A DNA stretch of 64,000 nt from Lama guanicoe (taxonomy: Eukaryota), in the NCBI GenBank assembly GCA_013239625.1, contig MU053629.1, positions 1,143,567-1,207,566 of the forward strand. Direction: 5' to 3'. The notes below the pieces were generated by a model. It saw only the letters and a list, made by a program, of their open reading frames with translations. It was not told the DNA's origin and made no database searches. Made by a program: the position numbers and the translations under genes. Positions 12,025 to 25,453 of the stretch are shown piece after piece. Every line of letters begins with the position of its first letter. The first letter of the stretch is position 1.

Positions 12025-13200
12025 TGCTCACTCATTCGGCAAGTATTGCGTGCCTTCTAAGTTCCAGGCAGTGTTCCAGGTGAGCAAGACAATTTGGTGA
12101 ACAAAACAAAGATCCCTGCTTTTACAATCTAGTGGAGCGAGAAAGGCGATAAGCAATAGACATAATAAATAAAAAACTGTGCAGTGTGTTAGAAATTGAT
12201 AGGTGCTGTGGGAAAACAGGAAAAGCAGAGCAGGTTGAGGGGGATCCAGAGTGTGGGGGCTGGGGATGTTGACTTTTTGAACTAGGTAGTCAAAGTAGGC
12301 TTTACTGTGAGGGTGACATTTGAGCAATGAAGTGAAGTAAAGTTGGTCATGTGGCTGTCTGGGGAAAGAGCATCGCGGACTAATCAGCCAGTGGCAAAGT
12401 CCTAAGACTAGAAAACATGCTTGGCATGTTTACGGAAGCGAGGGTGGCCAGAACAGAGTGCGCAGGGGAAGCTAGTAGGAGATGCTGTCACAGATTTGAA
12501 GTTGGGGAGGGCAGTAGAGATTGGGGGTGAGAACCACGTCTAGATAATGCAGGACTTGGGCTTTTAACTCTTCAAGAAATGGGAGTTATTGTAAGGTGTC
12601 AGCCCTGGTGAGTAGAGGGAAGTGATTTGAATCCTGTTTTAAAGGGATCGCTTTGCTGTGTTCAGAGTAGACTGTAAAGGGGGAAGAGATGACAGTCATC
12701 AAGAGAAGGATGGTGACAACTCAGGTGAGATAGCAGCGGAGATAATGAGAAATGATCAGATTCAGGACACATTTTTGAAAGAGCCAATGGTATTTCCTGA
12801 TGGACTGGATAAGGCATGAGAGAGAAAGAAGAGGAGCCAAGGATGTCTCCAAATTTCTTGGCCTGGACAGCGAGACAGATGGACTTGTCATCAGCTGGGA
12901 TGGGCAGGCCTGTGAGGGAGATCAGGAGTTCTCTCTGGGCACAGTACCTTGCAGGGCCTACTGGGCATCCAAGTGGGGATGTCAGTTAGGCAGCTGGATG
13001 AGAAAGTCTGGAGTTAGGGAGAGAAATCCAGGCTAGAAAAGATGATTACAAAGAGTAAGTATAAGCAGACAAGAGAAGAGGCCCGAGGACTAAGCCCTGG
13101 GACATTCCAACCTTGAGGCTGGGGCAAGAGGAGGAGACTGTGAAGGAGCAGCTGAGTGAAGTGGGGCGGAAACCAGGAGCCAGGTGTCCTGAAGCCCAGT
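12025..13200 (-). mobile_element. L2 LINE fragment
   Basis: Reverse L2 3' end (tcattcggcaagtattg...tgcc...ccaggca) with purine-rich L2 body motifs. Confidence 0.7.
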
Positions 13201-13279
13201 GCTCCGGGGGGAAAGAGTGGTCCGCTGTAGCAGACGCCGGTGGAATAAACTTCCAGACTTTTTAGACTTTAGCCTATTA

Positions 13280-14480
13280 CTGATCTTACCGGTGAGATCA
13301 CAAAGGAGCTCCCTTTCTCCACATCTGATGGACATTTTTCTTTTTTCATCTCCGCAGCCTGTAGAAAGAGTTGGCCACCCCTCTTTGAAACATTTCCTCT
13401 TCTGACTTGTGCATCAAGCCGTCCTGGTTCCCTCTTCCCTCACTGTTTCCTCTTCTCAGACCTCTTTGCTGACTCTTTTTCAATTAGAGTCAAGCCAGTG
13501 GGGTGGTCTTGACAGTTTTAATTTGCTCCTTGATGCTAAACAGGATAGTTTATAAATGTCCTCAGGGCTTGGGCTCGACCTCTGTTTTCCCTTCTCTTTC
13601 CAGTAGCGCCCTGGGTAATCACATTCATAGCCATTTCTTTAATGCCGTTTGTGGACTGTGCTTCCATGCTTGTATCTTACTGCTTACTTGACATCTGCCT
13701 TTTGAAATCTCACAGGCGTGTTATTCTTAGCATTTCCTCTTTAGACGCAAATCTCGCCCATCACTCCAAGCTTACTCTTTCCCCATGTCTTTCCTGTCTC
13801 ATGAGATAGCATCACCATTTACCTAAGGCCAGAAACATGGAAGTCATTCGTGACCTTCCCTTTCTCCACATTCCATCCATCAGCAAGTCCTCTCAGTTCA
13901 CATCATCCACTCTCTCCACCTCTCCCACCACCACCCTGGTCTAAGTCCCCATCCTGTACCCTCCTGTTCCAGTGCAAAATCTTCCTAACTAGCCTCTCTG
14001 CTTTCACCAGATCCTCCTTTAATCCATTCTCTGCAGTTTTAAAAATCTAAAATCATTCAGCTCCCTGACCTAAAACACCCTTCTGTGACCCTCCATTGCA
14101 CTGAGGATAAAACCCACTCTCCCTGCCAACGTGCTACTAGTCCCAACGTGCTGGCCCCTGCCTTCCTCTCTTACCTCATCTCTGGTGCTTCCTCTCCATC
14201 TAGACACATTGTTAATATGGCCGCTCAGGCTCTCAGCTGCACTGAACTCCTTGCCCACCATTGGTTCCCTCCCTCAGTCTACACAGGCTGGCTCACTCCT
14301 CCTGCATGTCTCAGTTTCAGTGAACCTTCCTTGACCACCCTAAGTGGATCATGTTGTTCTTACCTATGCTGGCACCATCTCAGTTACAGTTATTCTGTCC
14401 TAGCATTCATCACAATTTGTAACTATTTATTTGTTTCTTCATTCATTACTGTCTCCCTTACTAGCGTGTAAGCTCCTTTA
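13280..14480 (+). mobile_element. L2 LINE fragment
   Basis: Pyrimidine-rich L2 ORF2/3'UTR motifs (ccattgcactgaggataaa...ctagcgtgtaagctcc). Confidence 0.7.
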
Positions 14481-15059
14481 GCACGTTGATCAGCTCCGCG
14501 GATCAGGTGCCCCTGGGGAAACCCAACTGTCACCCAGATTTGGGTGACGTGACGATCAGCGCGTTAGGATAGGCACTGTGGTCTGCACTGGTACCTCTTG
14601 GCATCTCGCCAGTGTTTCTTAAATGAACTTTTGGAACCCACAGCAATTGGGTAGCTGAAAAAGGGATGCCCTTTCCTCAAGTTCCCTTGAATACTAAGGA
14701 TTTATACTGAAGTATCTTGTCTCACTTGTTTTACAAATTCTAAGAGCCAGGTAACAGAGAAATATTATAAACTGGGCCCAGGTTATGTAGCATGTGTCTT
14801 CTGTTGGGTATTTCATTAGGTCTGGCTTTTGATTACCTTCTAGAGTTGCCATTTGAACATAGTAAAGCAGAGATCTCCGGGCTAGTGTCTGTTGACGAGG
14901 TTAGTCGTCTCTCTGTGGGTCCTGGCGCTCTTCAACACATGTTTCGTGAAGCACACCTCGGCTATTGAAAGTGTTTCCTGTTTTCCCTGATCTTTAGTTA
15001 TTCCACATGTTTAATAAGCTTGCTGTTACTACCCGAGCTGACTTACTTTCCCTCTGCAG

Positions 15060-15227
15060 ACCTTCATAAGTCCACATCATGGCTTAAACCTGGTGTCAGC
15101 GTACATCATCATGGTGCTCACGGGCACCTGGGCATTCTTTGTTTCTGGAGGCAGCTGCCGAAGCCTGAAGCTCTGCCTGCTCTGCCAGGACAAGGACTTC
15201 CTCCTTTTCAACCAGCGCTCCAGATAA
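15060..15227 (+). CDS. APH1B: APH1B last coding exon (exon 6, 168 bp to TAA)
   Basis: Polypyrimidine tract plus ctgcAG acceptor, phase 0 matching exon 5. Translates TFISPHHGLNLVSAYIIMVLTGTWAFFVSGGSCRSLKLCLLCQDKDFLLFNQRSR*, the APH1B-type C-terminus. Confidence 0.97.
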   Translation, partial: TFISPHHGLNLVSAYIIMVLTGTWAFFVSGGSCRSLKLCLLCQDKDFLLFNQRSR

Positions 15228-15389
15228 CCTCCGAGGACCAGCCCTTCGCAAACAGTAAGCTGCGTCTTTAGAGGAAGCACAACTGTGCCTTTTTCTAAAA
15301 ATCCCTTTTCCTGGTGAAATTTAGAAAAGACAAAACTATCTATATATGATGTGGCTTTCATACAGTGGCTTTCTGAGAGGGATGCACGA

Positions 15390-15545
15390 GTGGTGTGCAG
15401 CTGGCTTAATTTAAGAATCACCTGGGGAGACGGAAGGTAAACTGATTTCTGGGCTCCACCCTCCAGATTTAATTGTCTGGACATATGGTAATTTTTTTAA
15501 AGCTTCTTAGATGACTCCGATGTGCAGCCAAGTTGAGAACCATCG
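15390..15545. mobile_element. MER5A-like element in the APH1B 3'UTR
   Basis: agaatcacctgggga...ctgggctccaccc...gatgtgcagccaagttgagaacca. Confidence 0.65.
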
Positions 15546-18537
15546 ATGTCCAAATAGGAACTTCCTGAGAATACCATAAGTAAGAAAGAATGGTATGTTT
15601 AGCCGTCTCCTCACTCAGTTGAGCAAGTAAATATCTGAATGTCAAATCCTAGTTAGCGTTTGTCTTTTTCAGTTCTGAAGTCTCCAGATGCTAAAGGGCT
15701 GTCATCTCTGTGAGCTGTTCTCACGTACTCCGCCAGTGCTGTGTTTTATGAGAACACGGCGGGCTGTGCTTCTAACTACAGTAATAAGTTGCACTGACTT
15801 ACTGTGGTATTTCAGCCAAAGTCAGCTACTGCTTATTAAGCGATATTTTTCTGTAGTTTTTCCATTCTTGATTTTGCTTTTTTGGAGGCATTACATTGTT
15901 TTTGAGCATAGATTTGAGCATAAACAATTATTTCCTGACTTCCTGGGAAGATATTATAAAACCAAGAATTTTTGTGCATCTTCTGTTAGTCTTCCCTGGG
16001 TTTAAGGCTTCTCATGGGCTCTGCCCCAAGGCGGTGTTTACCAGCTGAGTTCCAGCTGCCGGACCAGTTGGGCTGAAGCCCGTTGTTCTATCGCTGAGCC
16101 GTTCTGCAGGTTGCTGAGTGATGCGTCCTGGGACCGGTTTCACTGGAGCCGGTACAAGTTTACTAAAAGCAGGAGGAAAACGAGCCAGGGTGGGGTTGAC
16201 ACTTCCAGTTAGCTCCTGGATACTAACTAGCACTTCCCCCCAAAATGGTATAATGGAAAATTGGAAATGTGTCTTAAATTGCCAAATTCATGCTTTTACA
16301 TAATCCGTATAATCTTTAGACATAGTAAATGTCTCTGGATTTTGGACATAGCATTCCCTTTACAGGAGTATCTAAGGTGTTTGTTCAGCTTCCGATCAAC
16401 CCTTTTGGTTCCTCTCGTAAAGAAGAATTGTGCCTTTGCTGACTAGAAATTGTTCTCAGTTGGTGGTTTAGTTGGTGGTTTTTAGGGAGCTGGTGGTGTG
16501 TGAAATGGAAATTGCCTACACATTAAAGTGAGAACCTCAGTGAATCCCATATGTACAGTAGAACAGCCAAAAGAAACAGAAGCAGCGGTGAGGGGGCTCA
16601 CCAGTGGCAGGACAGATGGAAGCATTTGACAGGACTGCGGTGGGAAGAGTAATGGGCACGTTGCAAATGGAAACACGGCCAGTCTTTTGGGCTAGCCACA
16701 TGTCATTCCAGGGACCAGAACCTTCCATGTGAACTAGACCTTTATGAATGAAATCCCCTCTCATGTTTAAATTATTAGAATTTTTCAATTTAGGGGTTTA
16801 AGAAGGGTTTCTAGCAAGGCTGTAACAGTCCCATAAGCAAGGCTGTGAACAGCTCCATAAACAATTATAGTTACTCCCCTAAAGTTTACTTTAGCACTAA
16901 CAGTAATGCTTCCACTGGGGTCTGCATTTTCCACCTTTATACAAGATTTTCTTTAGACTAGATGAGTCATAGGTAGAGTCAAGGACATAGCAACTGAATA
17001 GTGAAATTGTGCAGAGTTGAGGGGGACAAGATACCCATTGAACTGGTCCTCGTTCCTTTTGGAGCATGGTGTTCTTTGATGCACAGGATAAGAAAAGTAG
17101 AGTTGGTTATTACTGTTGACTTACACATCTCTTAAATGGATAGTCTGATGAAATAGCTGCTGATCTGTACAGTGTAGAAAAATCTGAGAATATTAATACT
17201 ACTCATACTTGAGGTCGGAGGATGTCCTTGGAGCATTAGTAGTTTAATATTAAGTAAAGAACCCGGGATATTGTGAAATCTCATTTATAAAAACATCTCG
17301 GGCAAGAAGAAAACTTTCTTGGATGGTGAGACTGTTATCTGAGTTCAGGAAATTATTTAATAATCCTTGATTACCCAGAAATAAAGGAGCTTTGCATCCT
17401 TACTTGTGGGCATTGCCGTAGTCAGCTTAAGCACTACTGTTGCCAGTAGCCTTGCCTTGCCTGGTGCCAAGGAAGCCCAGCAGGAGAATAGTCTTCCTCT
17501 GTCGCTGTGTATATATTGAGATGTGCTTCTTTTTTTTTTTTAATTTTTATGTTTTGCATTTGTTATCTATAATGAGCTTTCTGAGCCGTGATAGCATTTG
17601 GAGGGGAGGCGGTGGTGGTAATCTTGTGTGTTCTCCACAAAGGGCCTTCTCAGTTTGGAGGGAATGTGGCTGTATTCCGAACTAACCCTGGAACATGGAG
17701 ATGGTTGCAGCACTTGACTGCCTTGCCATGTGAATAATAGAGACTGATTTTGCTCTCTAATAAACTTGTATTTATTTTTAACTCATTTGAGTTGGTAGTT
17801 GTAACTGGAGTTTCTGTTACCTGGATCCTGGCCTACCCGACTGGCAGCTTTGTAGCAACAGCCCCTGAGCATCTTAGTGAAAGCACGACTGAAAGGAATA
17901 GATGGTATCTGTAGACTGAACAGAGAGTGACTTTTCTTCCCAATGTTAATATTTTTCTTCTCCAGCACATTCAGTGTTTGCTGAGAGTGACAGCTAACAC
18001 ATCAAAAATGCTAGGTGACCTTGTCCGTAGAGTTGGTGCAGCATAAGCAGTTGCGACAGAAGTGCCCTCCTACCTGGTACTCTTGCCACTCGCCTCAAAC
18101 GAGCCCCAAGCCAGGGACTGGTGGTCAGAGTGGGCCTGAGGGCTCCGGGGACGCCAGGCCAGCAGCCCGCCTCGGGCATCGGCAGCCTGCTTCCTGGCAA
18201 GAGCTCCTTGTGAGTGCTAGCTTTTTGTTGGCTGCATCCTGGGCCCCAGCATTCCTAACTCCAGGTAGACAAAGTAGATGTCACAACAAAATGATTTTAA
18301 AGTTCTTTGCTTAGAGCACCTTGTTTATGATTGCAATGTTTACATTTCTCATTTAATGAAAGGCTTTACTTCATCCCATTAAATTTTAGTGTTTCGAGGG
18401 GTGCGCACTGTCTCTCTGCACCGTATGTATCATTTTATTTGAGTTACACTGTTATGTCTTATATGTTTGTAATATCAGACTTTGCATTCAATACTCAATG
18501 CAATAGACTCTTTCCAGACCTGTGTTTTTCAGCGAAC

Positions 18538-18543
18538 AATAAA
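18538..18543 (+). promoter_or_regulatory. APH1B: Candidate distal APH1B polyadenylation signal
   Basis: AATAAA followed by a GT/T-rich downstream element (ttgtttgtcactacttgtttctcatgttt). Confidence 0.6.
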
Positions 18544-19974
18544 AAGATTGTTTGTCACTACTTGTTTCTCATGTTTCCTCTTGTTTGGAATAGCGTATCC
18601 TTCAGTATCCTGCTCTGGGTTTGTGTTAACTGTGTTAATTGGGTGAAATATCTTCAGGAACCAAGGACTCTTTGGTCCAGCTGATAAGGTAATGGAAAAA
18701 GTGCACGCTCCTCAGGTAACAGCCCAGATTCGTGTACATTTTCTTTGGCGCCTCCACACTGACATTGTGGCTCCAGTTAAATTTTGAACTGTTTGGTATT
18801 TAGTTGGAGCAGAAATTTCTCGGTGACCAGCCTCAACACATGGAAACCTCCAATGGAAAGAACTGCAAATTTTACCTTCATCTCATTGAAAACGCCGAAT
18901 AGAAGGAACCACTCAACTGGCGTATGGTCTCAGCCTCGGCAAAAGAACTGGGGGCTTGACACATTCTAAGGTGACGACAGTAGATTATGAGCCCTGAGCA
19001 GGTGCTGGCTTTAAGGTCCAATAATTTGTAGGTGGCACTTGTGGCTTGTGTGGGTCATGGTAAATTCTGCTTCTACCTAATAGTAAAACTGAACATACTT
19101 TCAGTGCTTGAGCAAAATCAGAGGTGGGGTCTACAGTGTTGAATCAGGGCTTATCATGCGCAGAACATTATGTTAGATATTGAATGAATGGAAAACAACC
19201 AGATGGTAGAGATCTTTGTTCCCAGGGAATATATAATCTAACTGCTGAGATTAAAACATATAAATATTACTTTAAGGCAACTACAAAATACACTACAAAT
19301 TATGATATAATATAAATAGTGCGAATACATAAGGTGATACTTACAAAGTTTTAGGAGTGGATGAAGGGCACCTGGGTAACGGATGTACATCAAAAGGTGG
19401 GGACTGAGGACGGAGCTCTGGGGCACTCCAGTTGACAGGTTGGAAAGGGCAGGGAGAGTCGTCACTGAGAAAAGGAGGAAAACCAGGAGGATGAGAGCCA
19501 GGAGGAAGCATGTCAAATGCTGCTGAGCAGTGAGGAAGGTGGGGAGTAAGAATTGGTCGTTACATGTGGGGAGGTGGAATTTTCTGGTGACCTTGAGAAG
19601 AGCAGTTTCACTGTATGGGTGAACACCTAAATGGAGTAGCTTGTAGACATTGGGAGATAAGGAAGTAGGCGCAGCATATGGCGTATAGATAGCCATGTAA
19701 TTTTAGTTGGGGAACGGGATGATAGCCTGAGGAGGATGTAGGGGTAAGAGAGGGCATTTCCTCCCCTCCCCTCCCCTCCCCTTTTGTATTGCTTTTTCCC
19801 CTATAATGTATAATATATTATAATATATCATATGATACTGTAATAGCATGTTTATATGAAGAGGGGATGATTCAGTGGAAAGGGAGAAGCTGATGCTGCA
19901 GGAGAGGGGATATTTGCCAAAGCAAAGGCCCTGAGAGGGAATAGAGTGGAAAGTTTTTAGTTTTAAATGCTTAT

Positions 19975-22900
19975 AGATAAAGCTAAAATGTTTAAAAACA
20001 AGCACTTAAGCTTCTAAGAAACTACAAAAAGAGGAGCAAACTAAAGCTAAAATAAGCAGAAGAAAGGAAGTAATGAAGAAAACAGCAGAAATCAAATAGA
20101 AGGCAGAAATGGAGAAATCAATAAAACAAAAATCTGGTTCTTAGAGAAAATCAATGGAATTGATAAAGCTCTGGCCTGATTGATAAGGAGAAAAAAGGAA
20201 GAGGGCACAAATTATGAATATCAGGAATAAGAGGAGACATCACTACAGACTCTACATTAATAAATAAAAAGGGAATGTTATGGACAACTTAATGCCAGTA
20301 AATTACAAACTTGGACGAAATAGATTCCTTTAAAAAAAAAAAGGCCTCACTCAAGAAGAAATCGAAAATCTGAATATCCCTTTAGTTCTTCAGACTGTGT
20401 TTTTTCTTGCCTCTTAAACATGCCTTGCAATGATTTATTGAAAGCTGGGCATCATGTAGTGGGTAATGGGAAGTGAAGTAAATAGGCCTTTGGTGGAAGT
20501 TTTGTGTCAGTCTGGGCCGGAACTGGGCTATATTTAATGTTTGCTGCAGCTCTCAGTACCAGAGCTTTCAGAGTCCCTTAGTGTCCTTGTTTTTGTCTCT
20601 CCTCTTGACCTTGGGCTTCCCCACATGCTTCTCCTCAAAGTGAGTCTACGTCTTGCAGCTCTTTAAGCTGAAGTCCACTGTTCTTGCGTTGGAGCCCTGT
20701 AGGTGTGGCAGCAGTGGGGACGTGACCTGTAATCTTAGTAGTGAATCTCAGTTTTCCGTTGGACCTACATCCCTCACTAAGTCTCTCTTAGCTCTTTTCC
20801 TCCCCTTAGGGGAGACAGGAAGGCTAAAGGGGGCTGGAGTGGGAGAGATGCCCTTCTCCCAGGGGAAGTAAGGCTCTTAGTAGAGCCTTGCTGTCTTTTT
20901 TGCTGGAGACAAAAGGCCTTTATTATGGAGAACACTCTGTGCATATTTATCAATGATTAGCCTAACCCTTTCCCTGCCAGGGCCATGGAAGGCTCTCCAC
21001 TCGAAGAATCTGGTGGGGTCCTGGAGGTAAAACCCCTAAAAGTGTGGGGCTCCTAAGACTATACGCTAGTCTTAGGAACTTCTCACTTTTATGCCATTCC
21101 ATCCTCAGACTCTAGCAGTTTGTCAAAATCAGCATTTAAGTGTCCCTGCCAGCTTATGGCTCCAACAGCTTCTGCTCCAGGTAAGCACACCCAGCTGTGA
21201 CTCTCTGGATTCACCTGTCTCTCCAGATTTCAGGATGACGGCTTGTCCTGAGACCTCAGTTCTCTGATGGGGTCAAGAAAAGCGATTTTCAGTTTGTTTA
21301 ATGTTTTCTTATTGTAAGTGTGGGAGTGACAGCTTTCAAGCTCTTTACATGTTGGAGCTAACCAGAAGTCTCCTGTATCTATTAAGGACATTGAATTTGT
21401 AGTTTACATAAAGAAATTCCTAGAAGGCTTCAATGAAGAATTCTACCAAACATTAAAAAGAGAGAGAGATGTTATAAGACTGTAGTAATCAAAACAGTAT
21501 AGTGTTGGCATGAAAACAGACACACAAAATCATCAAACGTCTAGAAGAAAACGTAGGCAGGACTCTTTGACATCGGTGTTAGTAATATTGTTTTTGGTAT
21601 GTCTCAGGGGAAACAAAAGCAAAAATAAATGGAGCTATGTCAAACTAAAAAGCTTTTGCACAGTGAAGGAAACTGTCAACAAAACAAAAAGGCCACCTGT
21701 TGAATGGGGGAAGATATTTGCAAGCAATATATCTGATAAGAGGTTAACACCCAAAATAAACAAAGAACACATTAAACTCAACATCAAAGAAAAAAACATC
21801 CCAAATAAAAAATGGGCCGAGGATCTGAATAGACATTTTTCCAAGGAAGACAGGCAGAGGGCCAACAGGCACATGAAAAAGATGCTGAGTATCACTAATC
21901 ATCAGGGAAGTGCAAATCAAAACCACGAGATACCACCTCACACCTGTCAGAATGGCTGCTGTCAAAAGGATCGCAAATAACAAGTGTTGGCAGGGTTGCG
22001 GAGAAAAGAAATCCTTATACACTGTTGGTGGGAATGTAAATTGGTGCAGCCACTACGGAAAATAGTACGGAGATACCTCAAAAAATTAAAAATAGAAATG
22101 TGAAATAAGTCCTGGGTATTATCCAAAGAGAACAAAAACACTGATTAGAAAAGATACGTGCACCCCTATGTTCATTGCAGCATTACTTACAATAGCCAAG
22201 ATGTGGAAGCAACCCAAGTGCCTATCAACAGATGACTGGATAAAGAAGGTATGCTGTATATATGCCATGGAGTATTACTCAGCCATAAAAAGGATGAAAT
22301 CTTGCCATTTGTTACAACATGGATGGACCTAGAGGTTATTATACTATGTGAAATAAGTCAGCAGAGAAAGTCAAATACTGTGTGATTTCGCTTATATGTG
22401 TGGAATCTGAAAAACATGAGCAAAGATAACGAAACAAAACAGAGTTAAAGATGCTGAGAACAAACAGGTGGTAACCAGAGGAGAGGAGGGTGCGGAAAAG
22501 AAAGAAGTAGGTGAGGGGGATTAAGAAGTACAAACTTCCAGTTGCAAAATAAGTGTCATGGGTATGAAATGCACAGTTTGGGGAATATAGTCAATAATTA
22601 TATAATATCTTTGGATGGTGACACACTATAACTAGCTTTATCATGGTGATCATTTTGAAATGTATAGGAATACTAAATCACTATGTGGTGTAGGTCAGTT
22701 ACACTTCAAAAACAAACATACATACAAACTCAGAAAAAGATCAGATTTATGGTTACCATTGGTAGGGAGCGGGTGAAGGGGAAATTGGATGAAAGCCATC
22801 AAAAGTTACAACAAACTTCCAGTTATAAGATGAATAAGTACTAAGGATGAATATAATTAACGAATGAATATAATTAACACTGCTCTGTGTTCTATATGAA

Positions 22901-23450
22901 AGTTGGTAAGAGAGTAAATCCTAAGTTCTCATCTCACACACACACAAACTTTTTTTCTATTTGATTATGTATCTATATGAGATGATGCTTGTTCACTAAA
23001 CTTACTGTGATAATCATTTCATGATGCGTGTAAGTCAAATCATACTCTACACCTTTAATTTATATAATGCCATATGTCAGTTATATCTCAATGCAATGAA
23101 AAAAATTGTTGAGAATATGGTGGAAACAGCATTTTGTGAGAAAACAAATCAGTACAATTCTTTTGGGTGGTAATTTAACAAAATCTATTATATCTATTTT
23201 TATTTTCGAGATGGGCTTTTTTTTTTTTTCTTTTTTGTGAGATGGGCATTTTTCAAACCAGCAGTTCCTTTTCCAGGAAGTAATCCTATAGAAGTACATC
23301 CAGCTACCTGAGGATCTTATAACTGTCTTGTAACCGTAAGGAATTTGCAATAAATGTCTGTCAGAGCTTTACCTCAAATTACAGAGCACTTGACAGCCAT
23401 TAAAAAGAATGAGGATATTTAGAATATACTGGAAAACAAAAGCGAGGTAT
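19975..23450 (+). mobile_element. Cluster of old L1 fragments (ORF2 remnants and L1MA-type 3' ends, with a nested fragment at ~20390-21370)
   Basis: ORF 21510..21980 contains L1 ORF2 C-terminal motifs ([24 protein letters not shown]); canonical L1 3'UTR motifs (cagccataaaaaggatgaaatcttgccattt). Confidence 0.85.
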
Positions 23451-24019
23451 AGACCATTCTTCCATTTAATGATTTTTCTTTTGCCAGATATTGTGCTAGG
23501 TACCAAGACTGCAATAGTGAAAGTAGGTGGGACCCATTTTATTTAAAGTTTTAAAATGAATGTTAAAATATGCACAAGCATATGTGAAGTCTGGAAAGAT
23601 TAAATTAAATTATTAGCTCTGACTATTTTGGGAGTTAGGATTCTGGGGGCTTTGACTTTTTCCATAGTTAAATATTTGTATGTTTTTAAGTGAGCGTATG
23701 TTATTTATGTAATCAGACAAAACTATAATCTAAGCACTTCCATGATTTCTTTTTGTTTTGTTTAGAAGGTGTGTATCATGCAAGGCCTTTCATACTCTGA
23801 TCCCAACCGTTTTCCTGCCCCCCCACCTGTCCCTGTCCTCCCCTCCCACACATTCTCAAACACGTCCCTGAGGGAGGCCTCTCTCTACTTACCTAGTTGC
23901 AACCAGAAAACATCTTAGTCCCCCTTCAAGGTCCTGCTCAAGTGTCACCCTTTGTGAAGTCTTTCCTGACTAGACTCAAAAAAGCAAGTAGCTTTCTCCA
24001 CCATGATTCCTTAACACTT

Positions 24020-24435
24020 ACTTTTTTTAAATCAAGGAATAATTTACATACAGTAAGATGCACAAGTCTGAAGCGTACAGTTGGATGAGTTTTGACAAAA
24101 GTGTATGCCTGTAACACCACCACCCCAGTCAAGCTCTAGAAAGTTTCCTGTCCCCGTGTGGTTCCCTGACGCTCCTTTCTAGCCACCCCGTCCCCTTCCA
24201 CAGAGGCAACCACTGGTTCCAACTCCCATCACCATAGGTTGGTTTCACTTGTCTTAAACTTCATATAAATGGAATAACACAGAATGTACTCTTATGTCTG
24301 ACTTCTTTCCTCAACATAATTTACTGAGCTTCATCCATGTCTTGGGATATGTCAGTAATCTGCAACTTTCCCTCAATGGTATTCCGTCTTATGGATACGC
24401 AGTTTGTTTAGCCGTTCTTCTGTTGATAGACACAT
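24020..24435 (-). mobile_element. Old L1 (L1MC/ME-type) 3' fragment
   Basis: ataatttacatacagtaagatgcac...aacttcatataaatggaat...cttcatccatgt. Confidence 0.7.
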
Positions 24436-24670
24436 GGCATCTTTTCTTACTAGTCTTCTTTATATGATGATCCGTGATTTCTGTTTGTCTCCTCAAATGA
24501 GACGGTGATACCAATTATTATTGAGTATCGGTACTCTATCTAAATCATGATTGAATCACTGTCACTTTATCTGTGCTTAGCAGACAGTCATTGCTCATTA
24601 AATCTCTGCTTTTGAATAAGGAGGGATGAGAAAGTCAGCCGGAAATTACTTTGAATGATAGGAGAGAAGT

Positions 24671-25453
24671 GAAGTAAGGAAAAAGACCATTTCCTTTACT
24701 TACAGCACTTCTGACACCACCTGTGTGGGTTTTTCCACACCAAGCAATTCTCCAGTTCTTGGTGGACACCAGCTGCGTGTTCTACAGTTTAACTCAATTC
24801 TGCCATCAACTGCCAGAGTTAAACTGTAGAACAACCCCATAAGACTGCCCCCACTTTAGACACCAATTGCAAGTCCCAGGTTGTCATCTATACCACTGAC
24901 TATAAATTGTAGGTTCCCATGACTGCTTCCTCAGGTCTAATAATTTGCTAGAACAGCTCACAAAACTCAGGGAAACATTTACTTACAATTACCAATTTAT
25001 TATAAAGATATTACAAATGATACAGATGACCAGCCAGATAAAGAGGTACATAGGTCCAGGTATAGAGAGGGCACAGAGCTTCCGTGCCCTCTGGGTGCAC
25101 CACCATCCCAGCACCTCCATGTGTCGTAAGCACTTTGAACCCCATTGCTCATGGTTTTTGTGGAGGTTCCATTAAGTAGGTGTGCTTGATCAAATCATTC
25201 ACCATTGGTGATTGAGCTCAATTCCCAGCCCCTCTCCCCTCCCTGGAGTCTGGGGGTGGGGCTGAGTTCCAGCCCTCTGGTCACACGGTTGGTTCCTCTG
25301 GCAGCCAGCCCCCATCCTCCAAGCTTCATCACCTCCTTAGCATAAACTTAGGTGTGGCTTGGAGGGGCTTATTGTGAATGACACGTCGGAGCTTCTGGCC
25401 AGGAAACAAGGACAAAGACCAAGTACGTGTTTCTTACTAAACCCTAATATCAC
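24671..25453. mobile_element. MER21-like LTR
   Basis: cacttctgacacc...ccacaccaagcaattctcc...ggacaccagctg...aagactgcccccact...aatttgctagaacagctcac...atatcaca. Confidence 0.7.

Larger units (their letters stand above)
15228..18565 (+). other. APH1B: APH1B 3'UTR (approximate)
   Basis: Follows the stop codon. AATAAA at 17759-17764 and 18538-18543, each followed by T/GT-rich sequence. The true end is inferred. Confidence 0.6.

Noticed and set aside
21510..21980. 156-aa ORF
   Set aside because: Frameshifted remnant of L1 ORF2, not a host gene.
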